Of a stretch of DNA of 64,000 nucleotides, positions 63,718 through 64,000 are shown one piece after another. Position numbers and translations under genes: made by a program. Below the pieces are notes generated by a model that worked only from the letters and a program-made list of their open reading frames with translations, was not told where the DNA came from and searched no databases. Position 1 is the first letter of the stretch. The number at the start of each line of letters is the position of its first letter. Source of the DNA: Takakia lepidozioides. Taxonomy: Eukaryota > Plantae > Bryophyta. The stretch spans positions 57,908,001-57,972,000 of the forward strand of contig CM060733.1 of NCBI GenBank assembly GCA_030704615.1. Direction: 5' to 3'.

Positions 63718-64000
63718 GTTGTGAACCATGTGATATCTAGGTTCAGAAGTGAAAAATAGCGTGATAGACCAAATATTCTAGCTGGATGTTGTGAATTGTG
63801 AATCAGCTTCAATGGAAATGGTCACAATGGTCGATGGAAGGTGGTCAAGATGAAAAACAAATAGACTTTCACTTAAGTGGGGGATGGGGCCCAAGGTGCA
63901 TGCAACGATGTCTGACTAGTGGTAGCACATGATGCGAGGTAGACACTTAGAGCAGATGTTTTTAGTAAGTAGGTGGTTGCATGAAAACTAAAAGTGATCT

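Overview
Eukaryotic, TE-dense plant DNA. The host is probably a non-seed land plant such as a bryophyte; this is inferred from a GT47 xyloglucan glycosyltransferase gene, a Tcn1-type chromovirus and Dualen LINEs. One apparently intact host gene (GT47 MUR3/XLT2-like, minus strand) runs off the left edge, and a two-exon secreted SPH-like pseudogene lies at the right edge. Between them are nested, decayed TEs: CACTA elements, Dualen/RandI-type LINEs, an L1 3' end, a Tcn1-like Gypsy and MITEs. The standout is a complete 10.8-kb Gypsy-type element (49755-60548, 4-bp TSD ACTT). Its pol reads protease, DNMT3-like C5 cytosine methyltransferase, RT, RNase H, DDE integrase, PHD finger. It lacks ordinary LTRs and a PBS, and instead has split direct repeats A...B-A-B with a palindromic internal end-to-end junction. 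Two other TE classes here also carry methyltransferase-like domains: a SET domain inside a CACTA and a PCIF1-like domain inside a Dualen LINE. All domain calls were made by eye from motifs; no database searches were run.
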